From Bacteroidota bacterium (GTDB taxonomy: Bacteria > Bacteroidota > Bacteroidia > NS11-12g > UBA955), in contig JAIXYV010000106.1 of NCBI GenBank assembly GCA_027490055.1, forward strand, positions 30,802-94,801: a DNA stretch of 64,000 nt, given 5' to 3'. Made by a program: the position numbers and the translations under genes. Below the pieces are notes generated by a model. That model was not told the DNA's origin and did no database searches. It worked only from the letters and a program-made list of their open reading frames with translations. Positions 58,967 to 64,000 of this stretch are shown piece by piece (the first letter of the stretch is position 1; each line of letters begins with the position of its first letter).

Positions 58967-60139
58967 TTAATAGGTGAAGGACCCATGCTGACTGATGATG
59001 CTGAGTTGTCTGGCTGGAGCAGCTTCAACACGACCAATGATTTTAGCATTGATATTAAACTGAGCAGAGATAGCTATAAGACTTGCTGCTACTCTCTCTG
59101 GCACATAAAGTTCTAAGCGGTGTCCCATGTTAAACACTTTGTACATTTCATCCCACGAAGTCTGACTTTGTTCCTGAATGGTTTTAAACAGCACTGGCGT
59201 TTCGAATAAATTATCCTTGATGATGTGCATAGGGTCTTTCACAAAATGGAGCACTTTAGTTTGCGCGCCACCTGTGCAGTGAATCATACCATGGATATCC
59301 GCTTTATGTTCTGCAAGCATTGCTTTAACGAGCGGTGCGTATGTGCGGGTAGGTGACAATACCATCTGACCAGCATTGAGTGGAATACCTGGAACAGCAT
59401 CTGTCAGTTTGAGTTTACCTGTGTAGGCCAGAGAAGCACTGAGAAGATCGTCGTAGGTTTCAGGGTATTTTTCGCGGTAAACGGCATCAAACACATCATG
59501 TCTGGCAGAGGTTAGTCCGTTACTACCCATACCGCCATTGTAATTTTTCTCGTAGGTGGCTTGACCGTCACTGGCGAATGCTACAATGACATCGCCTGGT
59601 TGAATATTGTGATTAGAAATGATCTCAGAGCGTTTAGCGCGTGCTGTCACTGTTGAATCAACGATAATGGTTTTTACTAAATCGCCAACATCTGCAGTTT
59701 CGCCGCCGCCACTGATAATATTGACACCAAAAGGACGAAGACTTTCTATAAATTCTTCGGTACCGTTGATGATTTCGGCAATCACTTCACCTGGAATTCT
59801 TTTTTTATTTCTGCCGATGGTACTTGAAAGCAGGAAATTATCAGTTATACCAATACAAAGCAGATCATCGATGTTCATGACGATGGCATCCTGAGCGATA
59901 CCTTTCCAAACAGAAATATCGCCGGTTTCTTTCCAGTAGAGGTAAGCCAGACTGCTTTTGGTACCAGCGCCATCAGCGTGAATAACATTGCAGAAGGCGT
60001 CATCCTGACCAAGAATATCGGGAATAACTTTACAGAAAGCCTGTGGGAACAAACCCTTGTCTACATTGGCAATGGCTTTATGAACATCTTCTTTTTGAGA
60101 AGAGACTCCTCTTTCGGCGTATTTATCTGTTGTTTGCAT
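58967..60139 (-). CDS. purM: AIR synthase (PurM)-family protein
   Basis: RGVS..KEDVH, HADGAGTK, GGETAD, SNGLT, FNMGHR. Confidence 0.88.
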   Translation of the reverse strand: MQTTDKYAERGVSSQKEDVHKAIANVDKGLFPQAFCKVIPDILGQDDAFCNVIHADGAGTKSSLAYLYWKETGDISVWKGIAQDAIVMNIDDLLCIGITDNFLLSSTIGRNKKRIPGEVIAEIINGTEEFIESLRPFGVNIISGGGETADVGDLVKTIIVDSTVTARAKRSEIISNHNIQPGDVIVAFASDGQATYEKNYNGGMGSNGLTSARHDVFDAVYREKYPETYDDLLSASLAYTGKLKLTDAVPGIPLNAGQMVLSPTRTYAPLVKAMLAEHKADIHGMIHCTGGAQTKVLHFVKDPMHIIKDNLFETPVLFKTIQEQSQTSWDEMYKVFNMGHRLELYVPERVAASLIAISAQFNINAKIIGRVEAAPARQLSIISQHGSFTY

Positions 60140-60182
60140 GAACACTGCAAAAATACTAAAAATCTGCAAGTCACACGAATTT

Positions 60183-60200
60183 AAAAAAGCTTAATTAAGC
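60183..60200 (-). terminator. Weak terminator after the FadL-like gene
   Basis: Minus strand GCTT-AATT-AAGC plus T6. Confidence 0.45.
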
Positions 60201-60203
60201 CTG

Positions 60204-61760
60204 TTAGTTGATGGGTAATCCCACCGAGAAAACAATGTTTGAACTTCTGATATTGTTGGTAACGGCATAAGACTGACCATTAGCAGAATTATTAGAATCC
60301 AGCGTATACGGCACAGTATAGAAGGCGCTTCTGCTATTGACATAGGCGATATCAAAGGCATAGGCTTTGGTTTTAATACCGAAGCCAAGGGTATAAATAT
60401 TATTAACCAAATCTTTGACATATGGCACAGCACCGTTGCGATACGGACTAGGATTGCGGGCATACCCAGCTCTGAAGCGGTAATTGTCCAAGATATATTC
60501 TGCGCCTACTCTTAGGTTAACTGCGCTTGAATTAAGCAAACTCCGTATTCGCAGGTTTTCTTGAGTGAAATTATAGTCAGAGGCATTGGCTTTGGTCGGA
60601 CTAAGATTGGCGCTTGCGTAGTTAACCACTTCCAAATCAAGGGCAATGAACCCAGTGTTTTTATCTATGAGTGCCAGACTGAAAATATTTCTTGAGGGTG
60701 ATGTTACTTTGTAATTATAGATAGCGGAAGGCGTGCTCATTTTCTGACCTACTCTGAGACTGTCAAATGGGTCGCGAGCCCCAAAGTCGTATGCCGTAGC
60801 AATCGTATAGTTATAAGAATCCTTTAGATTGTATACAGTTGGGGAGTGGAAGGCATAGCCAATTCTTACGTATTCGTTAGGCGAAAAATTGACCCCTATT
60901 TTTGCATTTAATCCTAAGCCACTGGTTTTAACATATTCGTTCAATTCAACAGATTTAATATCTTTCACCGGACTATTTCTCACATCTGTCTCGAGGAAGG
61001 TGCTATTGCTGATGTATCGCACACTTTTGGCGCCTACACTTATTCCGAATAATAGTTTATGCTGATAGTTGGCTGCGAAACTGACATTATAATCATTGAT
61101 AGCTCCTTTAGTGAGCAAACTGCCAAGCTGATTCACTTTTATGGGTGCATTTGCGCCATAAGCAGAGATATATCTAGGGGTTGGACTAAGCGTATCTTTA
61201 TCAATCGCCCAGGTTGAGTAGGCGAGATGTTCAATAGAATAACGACTAAATTCTCTGGGTGTATAGCCAAACTCGTTGGCGCGGTCGGCCCAGTTCTGAG
61301 TAATACTACTGGAACTATTGACTGCATTATACAAACTGCGGTTGTGCAGGTTATTAAGTCGGTTCATGTTAAAACCCAAAGTAAAACTTACAAATCCTGT
61401 TGGTTTTTTATTTTCGAAATCCTCTCCGGGAATTACAAATGCGAATCCCACATTGGGCAAATTAAAATTGAATTTTTTATCGGTTAAATCTTTATTGATA
61501 TAAGTAGCAGTATTTTTTACATTGTAGAAAGATGTACTAAATCCGAACTGAGATTTTCTAAATCGGGCCATACCGGCGGGATTGAAGGCAGCGCAGGAAA
61601 GATCGGCGCCTACAGATCCGAATGCACCTGCTATACCGTAAGAACGAGCAGTACTTCCAATAGATTGAGCAGAATATCTGATAGCATCTGCTTCATTTTG
61701 AGCAATGATATTGTCTGCCAGAAAAAAAGAAAGTACCGTTACTACTATTTTAAATTTCAT
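60204..61760 (-). CDS. OmpP1/FadL-family outer-membrane beta-barrel
   Basis: DAIRYS..STARSYGIAGAFG.VGAD...NPAG plug motif; RVGAEY and RAGY strands. Confidence 0.85.
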   Translation of the reverse strand: MKFKIVVTVLSFFLADNIIAQNEADAIRYSAQSIGSTARSYGIAGAFGSVGADLSCAAFNPAGMARFRKSQFGFSTSFYNVKNTATYINKDLTDKKFNFNLPNVGFAFVIPGEDFENKKPTGFVSFTLGFNMNRLNNLHNRSLYNAVNSSSSITQNWADRANEFGYTPREFSRYSIEHLAYSTWAIDKDTLSPTPRYISAYGANAPIKVNQLGSLLTKGAINDYNVSFAANYQHKLLFGISVGAKSVRYISNSTFLETDVRNSPVKDIKSVELNEYVKTSGLGLNAKIGVNFSPNEYVRIGYAFHSPTVYNLKDSYNYTIATAYDFGARDPFDSLRVGQKMSTPSAIYNYKVTSPSRNIFSLALIDKNTGFIALDLEVVNYASANLSPTKANASDYNFTQENLRIRSLLNSSAVNLRVGAEYILDNYRFRAGYARNPSPYRNGAVPYVKDLVNNIYTLGFGIKTKAYAFDIAYVNSRSAFYTVPYTLDSNNSANGQSYAVTNNIRSSNIVFSVGLPIN

Positions 61761-61762
61761 TA

Positions 61763-62620
61763 TTATCTTCTTCGAGTACTACCCCCTGAACCTCCTGAAC
61801 TGCGGTCGCTGCTACCCCCTGAATTGCCGCCTGAACTTCTTGAACCGCTGCTACCTGAACCCGAACTTCTGTCGCTACTACCATTGCCATACCATTTGTC
61901 ATTGCCAGAAGAACTATTGTTATTGCGCGAATTGTTTTGAGGTTGAGTAACAGTAGTATTGGAAGAAGGAACATTGTTAGAGGATCCTGTTCTTCTGTGG
62001 CTGTTGGGGTAAGTTGTCTGATTATTTCTGCTTGGTTGATTGTAGTAATAGTAGTTATTGTAATGAGGGTTGAAGTAACCATAATTATAACCATAACCGT
62101 AACCATAGCCATAAGAACACGGATTAAAGAAATAAGGATTGTGATAGTAACTTGGGTAATAGCCATACATCCATGAATTACCCCAGCCGTTTGAGAAGAA
62201 AGGGTTGTAGAAAGGCATATTGTAGCCGTAATAAGGAGAAAACGGACTGTTAAAACCACCCATGTAGCCAAAGCGGGGATCGACATAAGCCATACCCAAT
62301 GACCATCCGTTAAACATGTTGTAAGAGACACTTGGCACTATAGTCGGACGATAAGCATCGTAATGAAATCTTCTTGATGTGCCGAAATTTCTGAAACGAT
62401 TAGCATAAGAATTGGTATAGTTACCAGCATTGCTGGGTTCTGATTTTTCGTTCGATTCGGCATATGAGCGCAGAGCAGGAGGTGGTTCTGCTTTCTTTCT
62501 TGTATCTGAAGCTGTGAAGTACACATCATCAGTTCGGCCTGTCACTGTGGAAGCCTGTTTTTGTATGGTACAGGAAACAATCAGAAGGCTAAGAGACGAG
62601 AAATAAAGAAAATGTTTCAT
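61763..62620 (-). CDS. Low-complexity Tyr/Gly/Asn/Ser-rich lipoprotein
   Basis: LIVSC lipobox, DDVYF motif, YGYGYG tract, SSG-rich tail ending RRR. Confidence 0.75.
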   Translation of the reverse strand: MKHFLYFSSLSLLIVSCTIQKQASTVTGRTDDVYFTASDTRKKAEPPPALRSYAESNEKSEPSNAGNYTNSYANRFRNFGTSRRFHYDAYRPTIVPSVSYNMFNGWSLGMAYVDPRFGYMGGFNSPFSPYYGYNMPFYNPFFSNGWGNSWMYGYYPSYYHNPYFFNPCSYGYGYGYGYNYGYFNPHYNNYYYYNQPSRNNQTTYPNSHRRTGSSNNVPSSNTTVTQPQNNSRNNNSSSGNDKWYGNGSSDRSSGSGSSGSRSSGGNSGGSSDRSSGGSGGSTRRR

Positions 62621-62706
62621 AAGCTCATATTTTTGTTAGGCGCAAAGGCATTTTATAAATACTTTTGCACTATCAAATTTACAAGAATTATTCCAAAAAT
62701 ACTAAT

Positions 62707-64000
62707 ATGGCTTTCGAGAAGGTAAAAAGAAGTGATAACTACAGCGAATGGTACAATAACCTGGTTAAAAACGCTGATTTGGCTGAACATGCAGACGTAA
62801 AAGGATGTATGGTAATTAAGCCCTATGGTTATGCTATCTGGGAGAAAATGCAGGCACAACTCGACAAAATGTTTAAGCAAACGGGTCACGTTAACGCCTA
62901 TTTTCCTTTACTGATTCCTAAATCATTTTTTGAAAAAGAAGAGAAGAATGCCGAAGGTTTTGCTAAAGAATGTGCTGTTGTAACACATTACCGATTAAAG
63001 GTTGATGAGAATCATAAAATCATTGTTGATCCGGAAGCAAAACTGGAAGAAGAATTGATTATTCGTCCGACCAGTGAGGCCATTATCTGGAATACTTACA
63101 AAGGCTGGATTCAGAGCTACAGAGATTTGCCATTACTGATCAATCAGTGGGCGAATGTGATGCGTTGGGAAATGCGTACTCGTTTGTTTTTAAGAACCTC
63201 TGAGTTCTTATGGCAGGAGGGTCATACCGCCCACAGCACAGCCGAAGAGGCTTTAGTAGAAACCAAGCAGATGTTGGATGTGTATGCTGAATTTGCTGAA
63301 AATTTCTTAGCGGTGCCAGTAATGAAAGGTGTTAAAACCGAGAACGAGCGTTTTGCAGGTGCTGTTGAAACGTATTGTATAGAAGGTTTGATGCAGGATG
63401 GAAAAGCTTTACAAATGGGAACTTCACACTTCCTTGGACAGAACTTTGCCAAAGCATTTGATGTTAAATTTCAGACCAAAGAAGGTAAATTAGAATATGT
63501 TTGGGCCACCAGCTGGGGCGTTTCTACCCGATTAATGGGTGCTTTAGTAATGGCTCATAGCGATGACGAAGGTTTGGTGCTGCCTCCAAAACTGGCGCCA
63601 ATACAAGTAGTAATCGTTCCGATCTATCGTTCTGACGAAGAATTTGAAAAAGTGTCTGCCGCTGCCGCTGCCATTAAAAAGCAATTGGAAGCATTAGATA
63701 TCAGCGTTAAGTTTGACAACCGCGATACCCACAAACCAGGTTATAAATTTGCTGAATGGGAATTGAAAGGTGTGCCTTTAAGAATTGGTATTGGTCCGAG
63801 AGACCTTGAAAACGGCACGGTTGAATTAGCCCGCCGAGACACCAAAGAAAAATCTGTTGTAGCCATTGAAGGCATAGATGCTCATGTAAAGAACCTCCTG
63901 AACGAGATTCAGGAAGCTATTTACAACAGAGCCTTAGAGTTCAGAAATACCAGCATCCATCAGGTAAACACCTGGGATGAGTTTCTTGATGCAATCAATA
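62707..64000 (+). CDS. proS: Prolyl-tRNA synthetase, eukaryote/archaea-like type (runs off window)
   Basis: Manual translation [16 protein letters not shown]...[12 protein letters not shown]...RPTSE...[21 protein letters not shown]...QMGTSH; missing from ORF track because no stop occurs in the window. Confidence 0.96.
   Translation, partial: MAFEKVKRSDNYSEWYNNLVKNADLAEHADVKGCMVIKPYGYAIWEKMQAQLDKMFKQTGHVNAYFPLLIPKSFFEKEEKNAEGFAKECAVVTHYRLKVDENHKIIVDPEAKLEEELIIRPTSEAIIWNTYKGWIQSYRDLPLLINQWANVMRWEMRTRLFLRTSEFLWQEGHTAHSTAEEALVETKQMLDVYAEFAENFLAVPVMKGVKTENERFAGAVETYCIEGLMQDGKALQMGTSHFLGQNFAKAFDVKFQTKEGKLEYVWATSWGVSTRLMGALVMAHSDDEGLVLPPKLAPIQVVIVPIYRSDEEFEKVSAAAAAIKKQLEALDISVKFDNRDTHKPGYKFAEWELKGVPLRIGIGPRDLENGTVELARRDTKEKSVVAIEGIDAHVKNLLNEIQEAIYNRALEFRNTSIHQVNTWDEFLDAIN

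Noticed and set aside
61665..62529. Several overlapping ORFs, including the 193-aa 61750-62331
   Set aside because: By-products of the low-complexity lipoprotein sequence; only 61763-62620 has a lipobox and sensible start

Overview
Core-chromosome segment of an AT-rich Bacteroidota bacterium, judged from T9SS substrates, TAnnTTTG promoters, no Shine-Dalgarno motifs seen at the starts inspected, eukaryote-like IleRS/ProRS and bshA. It runs from the 3' part of mnmG to the 5' part of proS. A strong candidate replication origin (2864-3245) lies between an mnmG-coupled Ig-like lipoprotein gene and pheS, with no dnaA in the window. Housekeeping genes: pheS, bshA, comM/yifB, gmhA, dsbD, glyA, rarA, ileS, DksA-like, lspA, thyA, ftsX, uppP, purM-like and proS. 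They are interspersed with three likely envelope-signalling modules (LiaF-like/LytS/LytTR; PadR/PspC; ECF sigma/anti-sigma/beta-barrel), each with a candidate cis-element, and with many secreted proteins. The most notable accessory features are: a tandem pair of about 1,400-aa GEVED-PKD-CUB-Ig T9SS proteins with divergent N-terminal tips and patches of nucleotide identity; a 2,420-aa type-B T9SS protein; a small decaying AT-rich island after comM that contains an uncalled pseudogene; an uncharacterised exported protein with a clan-CD-like His/Cys arrangement; and a Tyr/Gly low-complexity lipoprotein paired with a FadL-like barrel. No rRNA, tRNA, CRISPR array, integrase, transposase or reverse transcriptase was recognised. 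All family calls are from motif recognition by eye, without database searches.
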